A DNA stretch of 64,000 nucleotides. It comes from Mytilus californianus. Taxonomy: Eukaryota. The stretch's first letter is position 1; every line of letters begins with the position of its first letter. Under the pieces are notes generated by a model that was not told the origin of the DNA, did not search any database, and saw only the letters and a program-made list of their open reading frames with translations. The translations under genes were made by a program, and so were the position numbers. Of this stretch, positions 12,411 through 25,861 are shown one piece after another. Where the stretch lies: NCBI RefSeq assembly GCF_021869535.1, contig NW_026262593.1:28954001-29018000 (forward strand). Direction: 5' to 3'.

Positions 12411-13607
12411 AACTTAATTTTGGCAAGATTTTTAACGTTACTCGTCATGGAAGTATCTCCATCTTACCTCAGTAAATATGCATCTTAATAAAAGACCACT
12501 ATGGATTAAACACAAGTATGTAATCCAGGACTAAAATGTCTTTTTTGTTGTTGATAGATTTTTCTGTATATATACAGTTCATCTCTAACTACTAAAGAGT
12601 TTGCCGAAAACACCCCCAAAAGAAATGGTTAAAATTGTACTTCAAGAGGAATAACAGTTTCACTTCAACAATTTGAACGGATCAGCAAAGAGCTTGTAAA
12701 AAATAGGTTCCTGTTTACATTCGACTTTCTGTAATTACTTTTCTAATGAACGAAACAGATGAAGAAACTGTAGCCCAAACTGGATATGTCACACCTGTTT
12801 CTTATTTTGAGATTGTTAAGTTTTGTAGAGAAGACTTTCTTCACATTCTTAGAGCAGTTTCCTGGTTCAGTAGTCATGAACTGCTTATTTTCTCATTCAT
12901 TTACATTCGATTTTGGCATAATTCTTTTTTTCCGAATATTTGAATAAAGAAAGGTAGGTAGTGCAGCTCTAGGAATTTCAACTGTTTAGTAGAGAATCTT
13001 GTTGATTTGTCAAAAATATATTGACGCATATTAAAGAGATCCAATATTTTCGTTTTTCCTGTTGATAATTCCAAACAAGAGGCTGTGTTGTGTTTTGTGT
13101 GGAATTGTTACCGGTAGTAAGTATACCGATACAGAGGTTGTCCTTTTATGGAGTGACTGTATTTTCCTTATTTAAATATCGAGAAGGAAGCTGGATAGAG
13201 ACATTATTAAGGTGTTTACATGAAATATTCCAAGCCCGTATATACCATTTGAACTGTGAACGTCAGTCTTTGTGAGAGACTATAGACTTGTTTATCTGGT
13301 GTGGCCATCTGCGTGTATTCTGGATTACTTGCAATTGTTAGATGATCTTGTTAATCCTAAATGAGTGAGAACAAGATTATTTATTTTATTATACTTCATG
13401 TCAAAATGCCAGATTTTGATTGGTTAATACGAGGGTGACAATTTACTCTATCCCATGGCAAATACTCTATTACCCTTCACGGAGACGCTTGCTTAAGTGT
13501 GCGCTTTAATAAATACTGATGATTGTTATGTAAGACGTCATATTTTATTACTTCGAATTTGAAATTTAATAGACAGTAATAACAGAACATTCAGTATGAT
13601 AAATTAA

Positions 13608-13746
13608 ATAACACATATCTGAGAGGGTGATAGAGCAGATTGTTTCCCCTCGAAAAAAAACATTGTCAACTTTGGCTTCGCCTCAGTTGACAATGTTTTC
13701 TCTGGGTAACAATCTGCTCTATCACCCTCTCAGCTATGTGTTATTT
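13608..13746. repeat. About 140-nt imperfect palindrome, probably the end of a non-autonomous element starting at about 13340
   Basis: AAATAACACATATCTGAGAGGGTGATAGAGCAGATTG...CAATCTGCTCTATCACCCTCTCAGCTATGTGTTATTT, with a GGCTTCGCC loop. Confidence 0.8.
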
Positions 13747-14494
13747 ATATAGTTTCCCATTTGAAATGCCTCGTCATCTTCAGGTTTTCATGGAGTTTTC
13801 ACGTCTTTGTTATAGCTTTTTTATTTTGCGGATGGATGTAAAAAGGATGATATTTATGGTAGTTGTTGTTTTATATTCTTATTTTTTTCTTTCAACAGAG
13901 GATTGTTATCTCATGGTATGTTTGCAGCGTTATAGAGTCTGTTCTTATATTTCGTCTTTTAACACTAGAAGAAGCTTTGCTTTTGGAGCCATTTGATTAA
14001 ATAATTATTTAAGATACCGCTGTATTAGTAGCTTTTTCTAATATTTTTATGACACACCTTAAATTATCACCTGTTGCAGTTTCAAGTGTTTGTATGTGTT
14101 GAAGATGTTTATTAAGTTCATTCACGTATAGGTTTGATTTTTGTCTTCCCATGTTAATGTATAGGCTACTGGGTTTTTCTTTGTTTCTATATCCTTATTC
14201 ATTTTTAAATCAGATTTGCGCATATTTTACTGGTATATGCCTTGAGGTGTTGACAGAATCCTAGATGTATATGTTAGTTACTTGTTGAATGCCATTATTA
14301 AATAGAATGTTGTCTATTTGAGAGGTAGCTTTTCGGTATTTTTAGAAAATATGTTGGTTTCTTAATGATATTTTGCGTTTGCTTTAAGGAAACCGGTAGC
14401 AGTAATAATCTTTTGAATTATTATGCTTAGTAGTTTCTTGTCGATTTCAAGGACTCATTTAGATTTCCACAAAAGATTAAATACTCTGAACTAG

Positions 14495-14630
14495 TTTACA
14501 TTGTTTAGGGATCAGCTGAAGCCCGCCTCTGGGTGCGGGATTTTGTCGGTGTGTTGAAGACCCATTGGTAGCCTTGGGCTGTTGTCTGCTCTTTGGTCGG
14601 GTTGTTGTCTCTTTGACGTTTCCATTCAAT
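14495..14630 (+). repeat. Interspersed repeat family C (CAGCTGAAG...GAAGACCCATTGGT.GCCTT.GGCTGTTGTCTGCTCT)
   Basis: A second copy lies at about 54640-54890. Confidence 0.8.
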
Positions 14631-15544
14631 CTTATATAGTGTTATTGATCATATCTGCTCTGGATGTTAAAATTATGTCGAGGCATTCCTAGTTTTCTCC
14701 AATAGAGTGCGCGGCGTGTGTTGACATGAAGGCATTGATAAGGTATGAAGGTTTAGGGGCTGTCTTAACTTCTATTGTTGCAATTCTCTCATTCATTTTT
14801 GTCATTACATGGCTCCGTTCAAAACCCTAATACGATTCTGAGGTTGTCATCCCACTGACACTTGTTATGTCGTAAATTTCGATTGTCGGAGTGATTCGTA
14901 GCAGGCCTTTCAAGTCTTCTCTCAGCGAAATGACAATGTTGAAATCGTAGTGAATGATTAATTATAAAAAGTATTTCCCAAACATCTGAATAGTTTCAGT
15001 ACTAGACGAGTTGTTTTCTATGCATAAAGGACAGACAAAAGGTTTAGCACTTATCTTATTTATGTGTTACTGACCTTTTGTCCAGCACAGAAGAAATGTT
15101 TTCATTCATCACTATGTTTGCACGCAACAGTACTTTCGCCTGCTATTTCTTTACACATAGAACAAATGTAGATGACATTTTGAGAGGTTTGCATATACAC
15201 TCGATGCTGTTTTGTACTATTCTATGTCCATCTACTTAAGTAACATCTTTATGAGGCGAGATTCTACTCCATTTGTTTACTTCAATATGTTTCAAAGATC
15301 TTTCAATGTCATGTTAATAGTCAAGTTCTGGTCAATGTCTGAAATTAATTCCAGTAACATTGGCTTTCTCTCAAGTTGTAAGGTTTGGCATCATTGGTCA
15401 GGGTTTAAGATGTTGTGTTTAACAATAACTGTAAATGTGTGCTGGTTCCAGATTCAGTCAGTTCTATTTTTGTTGTACAGCCTAAATCTTGTCTCAACCA
15501 TGGCTGAGGATTTGTCCACACCATTTTCAACAATTGCGAACTCA

Positions 15545-15724
15545 TCCATGTTCGTTTCTATGTATGTTGGCGTTTGTTTTTGTTGCACTTCAGTGTTTCT
15601 GTTGTTCTGTTGTTTTCCTCTTATATTTCATGTGTTTCCCTCGGTTTTAGTTTGTAACCCGGATTTGTTTTCTCTCAATCGATTTATGACTTTTGAACAG
15701 CGGTATACTACTGTTGCCTTTATT
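15545..15724 (-). repeat. Interspersed repeat family B
   Basis: Reverse complement of about 5361-5540. Confidence 0.85.
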
Positions 15725-18700
15725 CATCTCGAATTTGCAGTTTAGAAAGTATTTTGCCAACTCATATGAAGCAGAACTGAAGTTTATGCTGAGATTTTAA
15801 TTTTTCTTGGTTACATTTTGTATTGTACGAGAGGTGGATTACAATCACTTCATTTTTTGCAATGGCCTTCTGTTAGGTTTCTGAGCTACAGCTATACCAA
15901 CGAACTGCTGCTAAAGAGGTCGAGAGTATGGACTTAAGAAATCAAAGATCCTCCCGTTGCCATCTTATTTTACTTTTAAATTGTTTTCCTCGATAAGAAT
16001 GGTGTAGCGTAAAAAGCTTGCTACTGAACAGAAAACGCTGAATTTTTGTTAGGTTCCTGAATTTAAATGAAGATTAGGGATTTGCATCAACAGTTTTTTA
16101 CAATGTACATGGTTATGCGTGGAAAGCTGACGACTACCAAAAGAATGCAGGATTTTTGTTACTTTGCTATGTTTGAATGGATGTTGGAATTTATTGTATT
16201 AAATACAATTTGTATTATTCAATTGAATAGTGTGAAAATTTCCAATTAGTAACCCTAATTTATGGGAAACCCGATAGAAAGTGGGAAATGTTAATTTCTT
16301 AAAACTCTAAATTGTTAATGGTAATGTTAGACGTTGACCTTATATCAATTGTATCTCTCTAGTTGGTTATTTCACAGGTGCCAAGTCAGTTGTATATCCA
16401 AATATTACAGAAATACCTAATTGCTTTATTGATTGAGATATCTAAGACCATCCGCTGTAGTAGTCACGATTCATCCCACCATTGAATTTACGACTTCTTT
16501 GCGTGTACAAAAGGTACCTTTTGCCATCTGCATTATATTGGAGTATCTCGTTTAATACAAATATACCATTTGGAGTTGGCTGAGTGATTGAGAATAATTC
16601 TCAAAATAATACTGCTTCAAAGCAGGGCATTAATTTTGATGTTTTTGGACAATGGACTTCATTCAGTTTTACATCAAGTATGTATCCAGCATTAACCGTC
16701 CTATTGGAATTTTTTTTTAAAAGCAATTTGGTAAAACTTTTGGTCTTGAGCATACATGTTGAGAAATTTCATTACAACGAAAAGTGACATATGACTGATT
16801 AATTGACCACTGCTTAACACCCAGTGGTAATTATTGTATGCATATTCATGACAATAATATTTTACTGTGTTATGAACCCATCATCCTTTGTACCAGACCA
16901 CATACTGATCCTGATTTAAAATGAAGCAGGTTTCAGGGTAACATTCTAAACAAGAACCTGTCATCCTACATGGACACATTATTCTGTCACTGAGCCAAAC
17001 TGTCTTTGTTCCTGCTCTTTAATGCCAAGAGCTTGATATACAACAGCAAAAGTCAATTAAGTCTTTAACTGGGTCAAAAATTAGAACCAGAGACTCCTAC
17101 ACATAGTTGAAACGTGTTGTATGTACTGAAACCTGTATAAAAAAAATGTCTATCTCAGAATCATCATCGATTGTACAAATCAGGCATGTAGAACCTTCAC
17201 AAAGTGTAAAGAATTTTACCAAGATCTGTCAGATTGCATAGTAAATATAGAATAAGACAAACAGATAGCACAAGCTTCATTTATTTTGTTGTTTAAATTA
17301 ACATAGCTGCTTTCTGACAACACACTTCACACAGATGTAAATAAAAACAAATGTATCATTTAACATGGTGGTCAAATTCTACCCAATCATACAATGGACA
17401 GGGTTTTTCTGTTATAAAAAAATTAAATTCATGTTAACTACAAATATTTCAAATGCTATATTTTCCCATTATTTCTTCTTTTTGATGTGCTTCACTAAGA
17501 AACGAAAAAAAAATGTATTGTTGCATCTAACAGACATTTTTGGTTTCTTATTCTTTTTTTCTTTTAACATAAAATATTTTAAAGAAATTGTACTGAACCT
17601 AAAAAGGTGAACAGTCAACTCATCATCTGATTAGACAAATATGTCCATTTTCTTACATTTTACTACTTGACAAGGGTCATAGACAGTAATCATTTAAACA
17701 GTTAGTAAATATTGGTTTGATCATGGTTTTACCATTTCAAATGTGTCAAATGCCAAATATAGTTAAATGATAAATAAATTATTTTTTTCTAAATTCAAAT
17801 TTTGTTTAAACACAAACTGTTGGTTAATCTAATGATTTGTAAGTTAACATAAAATATCTGTTCCATTTTTTGAGTAGAAAGCATAAAAAATAAATCAATG
17901 ATAAAAATGTTCAGTCTTCAGGGCAAAACCAGAGATTTTTTCCAGATTTAAACCCTTCACATGTACCTTTTAAAAAAGTTAATAATAACAAACTCATTCA
18001 AAACAAACAAAACCATACTATTTATAGCATTGTTAACAAGTAGTCACATACATAAAATTCACACTTCTTTTTGTCCATCCAGCAGCTATGTTTTTATCTA
18101 TAAAAACCATTTTAATTATGTAAAAAACAAAGAAGACGTACAATTATAAATAATCTGAATCTATGATACATAAAGTTAACAATTCATTCACTCCGTTAAA
18201 AGCATACACACAAATAACAACAATTTAACAATTTCTCCGTTCATTATTCTTGAGTTAAGTTTAACAATTTCAAAGATTTTAAAACCTAATGTTCTTCTAT
18301 TTTCAGTTCTGTGGATATCTTCATAAAGAATTAATGACTTGTAAACTTTCTGCATTCAAATTCATATATTTTTCCAAATTTAACTTCGATCAAAATATTT
18401 CTGGAATGATGAAATAAACATTTTCCCTTTTATTACATCACTTATTTATGTTTATTTGCATGTATATGCTGAATAATACGTGAAATGTTAATGTGGCTGT
18501 TAGTTTTCAACATGTAAAAAATCATGCTGATGTACTTACAAATTAAACAATTTGACTTGTGTTGATAGCTAAAAAAGTTCTTATATTTCTTTACAATAAA
18601 GGATCCCTACAATAATATCAAGTCATGACAATATGATTTCAGTTCTTTAGATGCTTACAAAATAGCAGAATATTTTCATTATATGTTGGTTTTTCCCCAT

Positions 18701-21666
18701 TTTCATCTTACACCTTAATGGACCAACCATTTAATTTGTAATTATAGAAAGATTTATGCACAAATTTTTTTAAACAATTAAGATATGACATCTGTGTGCA
18801 AAATTGTTTGCATACTTTTCAAATCATTACCATATTCAATACCTGATATGCAAAGTTAGACAGTTGTGAATCAAATGTGTGTCAAATTTTGGAAAATGTA
18901 ATGGTGCCAAGTTCCATAGACATATAAACTCTTGTGTCACAACTGCAAACAGTTTTTTTGGTTTAATAATATTGTATTTCATTCATAATTTTGTTTATAT
19001 AATTATTGTTTAAATTGCATGGAGGAAACTAGACTTAAAGAAAACCTAATTTGCATGGCTACACAAAAATCTACATTTAATTCATTTAGATACTTTTAAG
19101 TCAATTTATTTAAAGCAATGTTTTCATTCAGAGAACCTCATTAAAAAAGTAAATTTTGTAAAAAGAATTTTTTTTGGAGGCATATTCCTCCGTTTGATTA
19201 TTCAAACTGTTTCAAAAGGAATGTGGACATCTTACACATACAGAAACAGAAGCTAATAGTTCATAAAATAGGCCAGTGGTAAATATCCATGCATATTTAG
19301 GAGTATAAACAAAAAAAGACCTATTGCAATTAAACTCATTGATTTCATATTCTAAGCTTCATATCATAAACAGTTTCACCACTGGTTAGTGATTTTCAAA
19401 ATTCAAACCTCAGCAGATTTCTTATAACTAACATTGTCTTATAAACCATGAGTTAAAACTTTTACATCCAAACTAAAGCATGTTACTTTCATCTTTAAAA
19501 TAATATTATGAATTATGGTCTACTTCCAGCACAATATCATCTAATCATAACCTTTCCTTTAACCACAAATCAACCAAGTAATAGTTTTATCCCTCAGTTA
19601 TTTATTTAACAACATACCATTTATAGAACCTTTCTCATTATGGAGTGCTCTACATAAACACAGTTGTAATATAAGAAGTGCCTGTGCTTGAAATAAACGC
19701 TAAAAAATCAGATTACCAACACTTTTTTATCGTCTATTTTTGTCAAAACATTTCCCCATAAAGTCAAATTTCTGAAAGTCTTCTCTAATCACCTTAATAA
19801 TAAATAAGTTCATTCCACTGAATTCATTTTAAAAGATTTTTTTAAATAAGAAAGGCCACATAGAGTATTTACATATTCTTTATAAAAATCATTAAAATTG
19901 ATTTATGAATATTTGAAAAAATTTTAACAGTTCATTTATATCCCTCTACATTTAAAGCTCAAATTCACCTTAAATTTCATTGCATAATAAAAGTCTATTA
20001 TTTCCTTATACCAACATTTAGCTTGTACTTTTGAGTTTATACATTTCATTTTAGAATCAATGTGCAACCATTCTTATGAAAGCTTTAACAAATGTGCAGA
20101 CACACTAAAAACAACAGCCCTATGGTTCCATATAAAATATACTCTCAATGAATTTAAATGATGGAGGTAAATTGCTCTATGATTTATATTACAATTCTCA
20201 GATTTGTTTGTGTGATCATGATATTTAATGGTCACAACATATGAACAAAACATTCTTGAACACATTCCCTTGTGACCTGCTTTCATTCGGTATAAATTAT
20301 GACATCAGACATAACCGTCCATTCGATACATGCATGTATTCCTGTTCATTTACTATGTTGGTTATCAACGCACAAACTTTTATAAACCAATTTAACTGTT
20401 ATCTATTTTGCACTTGTATAAACATATCAATAAATGTATCCCAAATATTTTATCAACAAAGCAAACCACACTTAAAATAAGTTTTTCATTTTTGATTGCA
20501 ATTTTCTGGCCATTTTAGGTCTTTTGTTATGATATTCATTTGACTTGCTTACATATGGTTTTTCTTTAAACTTTTAAAAACTGAAATTAATGCAATTTTC
20601 AATTTCCTCTTCAAAGTTACACTTGCCTCTGACATAGATTCATAGAATTTACATCACAAATGACAGTTTGGCTTTAATTCAAAAAGGAAAAAGACACAGG
20701 AAATAAAACTATTCTGAAAAGACTTTTGACAAAGTAGCTAGTTCAGATTTGTTCCTGCCATAAACATCAACGTTAGGAAAAAGGTTGAGAAAAATACAGA
20801 AAAAAAGCTATCCCTCAACCCTTCTTTGTGAAAATAGTTACCAACTACTTAAAATTTGCTACCAATAAATGTGTTTTGAATTCTTATTCTGTTTAAGAAG
20901 CTTTAAAAGAATCAAAAATAATTAACAGATAAATTACAACCACAGGAAGAGTTTACAGCTTGAAATACATTACAGATATTAAACAGATGTTTCTATCTAT
21001 TAAGCGTTCTCTTTTGATAAATTACATATATATATAATTGATCCTAACATACAATTCTCATAATTAAATAAACATAAAGAACTTGCTATACTTGTTCTTC
21101 TAATTTCATACATACTATTCAATAGTACTATCAGTTTTAATGTACCACATGTTCAATTTTAAATACTTTTGTTCTTCATTCAATTCTGTTCTGTAATTTA
21201 ACATGAAGACAATTTTTCAAATTCAAGGGAGAAAGACCATGCCAACTGAACATCTAACAGACTTTCAAGGTTTCTAACACATTGGATATTTTGCTAACTT
21301 ATTCCATTTTATATGTTTTGAAAATAACAAAACTAAGAATTAAATATTCATATTTTTATATTTTTGGACTGCATTATTTTGGAAAAAAAACACAAGAATT
21401 TATTAATGTATTGAGTAATCGAAATGTATATTTGGTCAGGAGAAGTAAATTGTATCAATTAAGGGGAGATAAATAAAAACCATTATTACTGCAAACCAAT
21501 CAGATTTTATACAGAATTTTGAAAACATACAAAGTTATTCCCACAATACTTTTTTCAAGAAAACAATAAATGTAAAAAAAAATCACCCAAAAGATTATCA
21601 ATTTTGTACATAAAATTTATATTCATTCACCAAAAAAAACATTTTCCAGAATCTGTATATCAAATA

Positions 21667-21874
21667 CTGTGGATTCATTATTATTCGTTGGATACCAATT
21701 TTCGTGGATTTCATGGGTACAGGTGAACCACGAAATTAAATGTTCAACGAATAATACATTTTCCATAGGCTTGTATGCAGATTTCGTCAAAACCACGAAA
21801 TTAAATAACAACGAACATGTAAGTTTTCCTTTGTCCACGAAAATTGGTACCCACGAAAATAAATGAATCCACAG
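21667..21874. mobile_element. 208-bp MITE with a TA target-site duplication (Tc1/mariner-like)
   Basis: TA|CTGTGGATTCATT...AATGAATCCACAG|TA, with internal CCACGAAAT-like subrepeats. Confidence 0.85.
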
Positions 21875-24800
21875 TATCATGGAAATATAAGCCACATTTA
21901 AAGAGAATGGTCTATAACTTACTTTAATACTGACTTTGTAGCCCTAACAGCTAATTTATGTCATCTTATTTGGATTGACTCTAGGTGTACACAGGTTGTC
22001 TGCAGGACTAGGTTTTATTTCTCACAATAATTAGGTATGCATTATGCAACCTGATATAGCAAATTCTATTTCCGACTTTATAAAATATGGCTCATCTATT
22101 TTATAGACAAATGTTATAAGGGTAAAATTTTGAGTTCTGTAGGCATAGTTCAATTTTGAAAAATATACAAATGAAATTCTATCCAAGCTTCTAAAGGCTC
22201 TTCTATTCTTACTGATATCTAACCAATTCACTTTCTGTTACTCCATTTCAATACAAAAATACCATACTACTTATAACATACGAGTGTGATAAAATGATAG
22301 AATGATAAATAATTAAAATGACTATTAAAGTCTGGTGGTTACATCTTTTTTAACAATTAAAACATCTATCACAATTCCATGAATTTGAATTTTTTACATA
22401 ATGAACATGAACAAACATTCTAGTCTAGATATATTCCTCAATATTTTTTTCTAATTGCAAACACCACATCTATATAGTTTTATTTTACAAATATTCAATA
22501 ATACACATCTAAATAGTTTTTATTCAACACCAAAAATATATATATGTATACTCAGCTAATGTTAGACAATGGTACAGGGATATTCCAGGATTAATATTTC
22601 AAGGGTTTAAGAGGCACTTCTTAAATAAAAAATTTTATCAAAATAATTTAATAAAAAACTGAAGTGCTTTTTTAAAGGATTTTCTTTCTTTATCTTATGC
22701 AAACTATCATTATTTCCATAGTGTCTTTATCACTAAATAAAATGATCCTGAAATAAACCTCAATGTTTTAATTAAAGTATGAATCTGAAGGCAAATTTTC
22801 AATTCTTATTTAAAAAGGAATACAAGCAAATAATTTGCAAGGAAATTGTAAAAATAGAAATAATCTTTAATATAAAATAACCAAATAAGTTTTGTTTCCC
22901 AAAATCATTATCTAAATATCGATAAATGAAATTTAAAGTCTATTTTTGCAAATGGTATCCCACATTTGTCAAAGGTAGTGCCTTTTTTTCAATCTCTATA
23001 TTTTGTATTAAAGGAAAAGGTATCATAAAAAACCACTTATATTTGTTACATCTGTTAAAAAAAAATAACTTAAAGGTATATTTTCAGCTTCTTTTGTACA
23101 ATTTAAAACAGATATTGATCCCTTCAATTTTCTACATCTTCTCTGTGCTATTCATACATTTAGTTTTAATCTAATTAATTTACGGATTTATTCTACAAAC
23201 ATACACTTGTTTTAAATTTACTGCAAAATAAAAATATTTCTAATTTTAAAGAATATCGAGCAAAAAAGTGTAACGTTGTAGTTGCTTTTGCAGGTGTATA
23301 TATTACCATAGCTGTCATTTCTCTCTACTAGACACAATGTTAATCTCAAAATGCTGTCCGTTACATGATTACTTTAAATATTTTTTTTCAATAAGCAATG
23401 AAATAATATAAATTCAATAAAATCACCACCTAGGCATACCTGATGTTTTTTTTTAATAAATCTAATGCTGACAAAATTGTATGATACAATGTTCAGTTAT
23501 GACATTTATATAAAAGGTGTTTATTCAGTGTAAGCTTACAAAAACAAAAAATAAAACAAATAATTCCACTTTCAAACAATCAGACAAAAGCAAACCAATC
23601 AAAACTTGTTAATATATACCTCGGAATATAAATCACCTAAATGTCTGGTGTATTTCATTTTGCCATGGAAGTGTTAAATTGACATAAATAATACTTCCAT
23701 GATTTTACCCTGTACAATATAATCAATTTTTGTGTGCTGGGGGTAGAAATAAAATGTCTCCTGCTAGCCGATTTTATGCAGGGAAAGCTTAACCCAAATT
23801 CAACTTGCCAGCATGGCCACTGAATTTCAATTAAATACATGTACGCACTATTTACAGAGCAAGTCAATTTAGAAAGGAACTTGCTTGCTTGACCAGTTGG
23901 ACATTACTTTTTATATCTACTCCTGTGTAACAGTAGCCAATGTTTTGCACATACAATGACATTGTTATTCTTATATTGGTGAATATCATCCTTTGTAAAG
24001 CATTATTTACACTAAAAGGCTATGTTTTTCTACTGCAGACAATATTCAGAACTATTAATGCAATAACCATTTATAATTTTGTTTTTTCATAGTTTCAACT
24101 TCAATGCATTTTTTTTATATGTAAATCAAACTTATTTTTGCCAAAAAAATGAAAACCTGTTCTTGATCAGTTGGTTGATGGTCAAGATGCCAATCAATTT
24201 AATTTGCTTACAAATAAACCCCATTATTTTATTAATCTTTTCGTAATATTGTATAAAAACAAACATGGTAAATATGGCATCTCTTACATATAGTTTACTT
24301 ACATCTATTTGACTTTCTTGAAAAAATTAACAAACCCCCATTAAAACTGACATATAATGAAATTACTATATTAAAGCATAATTTCAATTGTCAAAAAAGG
24401 GAAAAGAACAGAAAAATTTTCATTACAGAAGATAAATGTACTAATGAATATTACTTGCCAGACATTTAGATGACTTATTTTCAAAGGGTGATAACTCAAT
24501 TTACAATAAACAATGATTAAAAAGCACTAGTTTTGTGAAAGCAGAAGTCATACTGTCGAGATTTAAAATCAGACAAAAAATCATCTAGTACCTTGATCCA
24601 GGGCTTACAATTGTACTTAAAAAATATACATAATTTATAATAAAATCCTTGTATCCAACACACTAACCACATATCAATTGACAAACATTTTACCCTACCA
24701 TTTTTTATGAAAATGTGAAAAAAAAATTCACAATATAATGAACTGTACACGTTTCTATCTATACTTGTTTGATTATCAGGATGTTTAATTTTTGTATCTT

Positions 24801-25090
24801 ATAAGTCTAGATGCTGTATACTAACAATTTTCCAACAACTAACTGCATTTAATGTTTTCTTCAAATTTTCTCAAATCAAACATTTAATAATCAATGGCAC
24901 TGGGAGTCTTACTTAAAGTCAAGAGGCAAAGAAAAGAGAGAAAAAAAGAAGAAATGATACAGGGGATGATTTGGTCAATTTTGGCAGTGTTCTTCAGCAG
25001 GGTTATTGTATTTGTCAATAGATTTTGGTTATCTAAATTAACTTTCATGATAAAAATTTTCTCAATCACACCACATATCTGTACATACAA

Positions 25091-25861
25091 TCAGTTCCAT
25101 GCGCCACCTGGCTTACTTTGGGGTGTGCCCCACCCACCCACACCTGGACTGCTGCCTGGTTCACTCCCCTGAGAGCTGCCCCAACCAAGAAAGCTGTTTG
25201 CACTAACAGGAACACCGGTTGCTGCTGTACCTTGACTGTTACTTCCTATACTCCCAAAGCTCTGTACACTGGTCTGACTGGAAGAATCACCACCACCTGG
25301 TTGTGTTGTGCCGATTGGTGTTCCTCCCACACCAGGCGTGGCACCAGTTTGACTAACAAGTCCAACTGGTCCCCATCCACCTTGCCCACTCAACATGGCC
25401 TGGGCAGCTGCTAGCATTGCAGGGTTCAATTGGAAAGCTCCTAAACTGAGGTTACTTAGTCCTAGATTGTTTGGTATGTTCCCTGCAGGTATGGGACTAG
25501 GCTGTGTGGCAATAGCCTGGGTTCCTCCCCGTCCTCCCTGACTCCAGTGATTTGGGTTGTAGCCATGGCTGTAAGCTGGCTGGTTGATTACTTTCTTGTC
25601 ATTTTGACGATCATAGTTCTTCGGTGCAGCACTACTTATGTGTACACTTGCCCCCTTTATGATGTGATCTTCTCCACAAAGGCTTTGTGAGACTTCAGGG
25701 TCTGCAAATGTTACAAAGGCAAATGCTCTGAATGGCTTGGGTATGAATACATCAACTACTTCCCCATATTTAGAAAAATAGTGACGTAAATCTTCAGCTG
25801 TCATGTCATCTGTACATCTTCCCACAAAAACTTTTCTGTTCATCATTTGTTGGGCATTTTC
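25091..25861 (-). CDS. TARDBP: TDP-43 coding exon 4 (RRM2 and low-complexity C-terminal domain), 256 aa plus stop
   Basis: Acceptor TTTCAG|GAA. Encodes ENAQQMMNRKVFVGRC...KPFRAFAFVTF...LCGEDHIIKGASVHISSAAPK, then a G/S/Q-rich tail containing LGAFQLNPAMLAAAQAMLSGQGGWG (conserved helix), ending GGAWN-TGA. Confidence 0.97.
   Translation of the reverse strand, partial: ENAQQMMNRKVFVGRCTDDMTAEDLRHYFSKYGEVVDVFIPKPFRAFAFVTFADPEVSQSLCGEDHIIKGASVHISSAAPKNYDRQNDKKVINQPAYSHGYNPNHWSQGGRGGTQAIATQPSPIPAGNIPNNLGLSNLSLGAFQLNPAMLAAAQAMLSGQGGWGPVGLVSQTGATPGVGGTPIGTTQPGGGDSSSQTSVQSFGSIGSNSQGTAATGVPVSANSFLGWGSSQGSEPGSSPGVGGWGTPQSKPGGAWN

Noticed and set aside
14950-15210. PHD-finger-like remnant on the minus strand (CSMCKE...VAC...HFFCAG...FVCPLC)
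   Set aside because: The Cys/His spacing is suggestive of a transposon or LINE ORF1 PHD, but it needs stops and frameshifts and has no supporting neighbours. Not enough to annotate.
16440-16790. Coding-looking minus-strand stretch downstream of TARDBP
   Set aside because: Every frame has multiple stops, and I recognised no motif or splice structure.
24894-25414. Plus-strand ORFs 24894-25172 and 25118-25414
   Set aside because: They are antisense shadows of the GC-richer TARDBP last exon and have no independent support.
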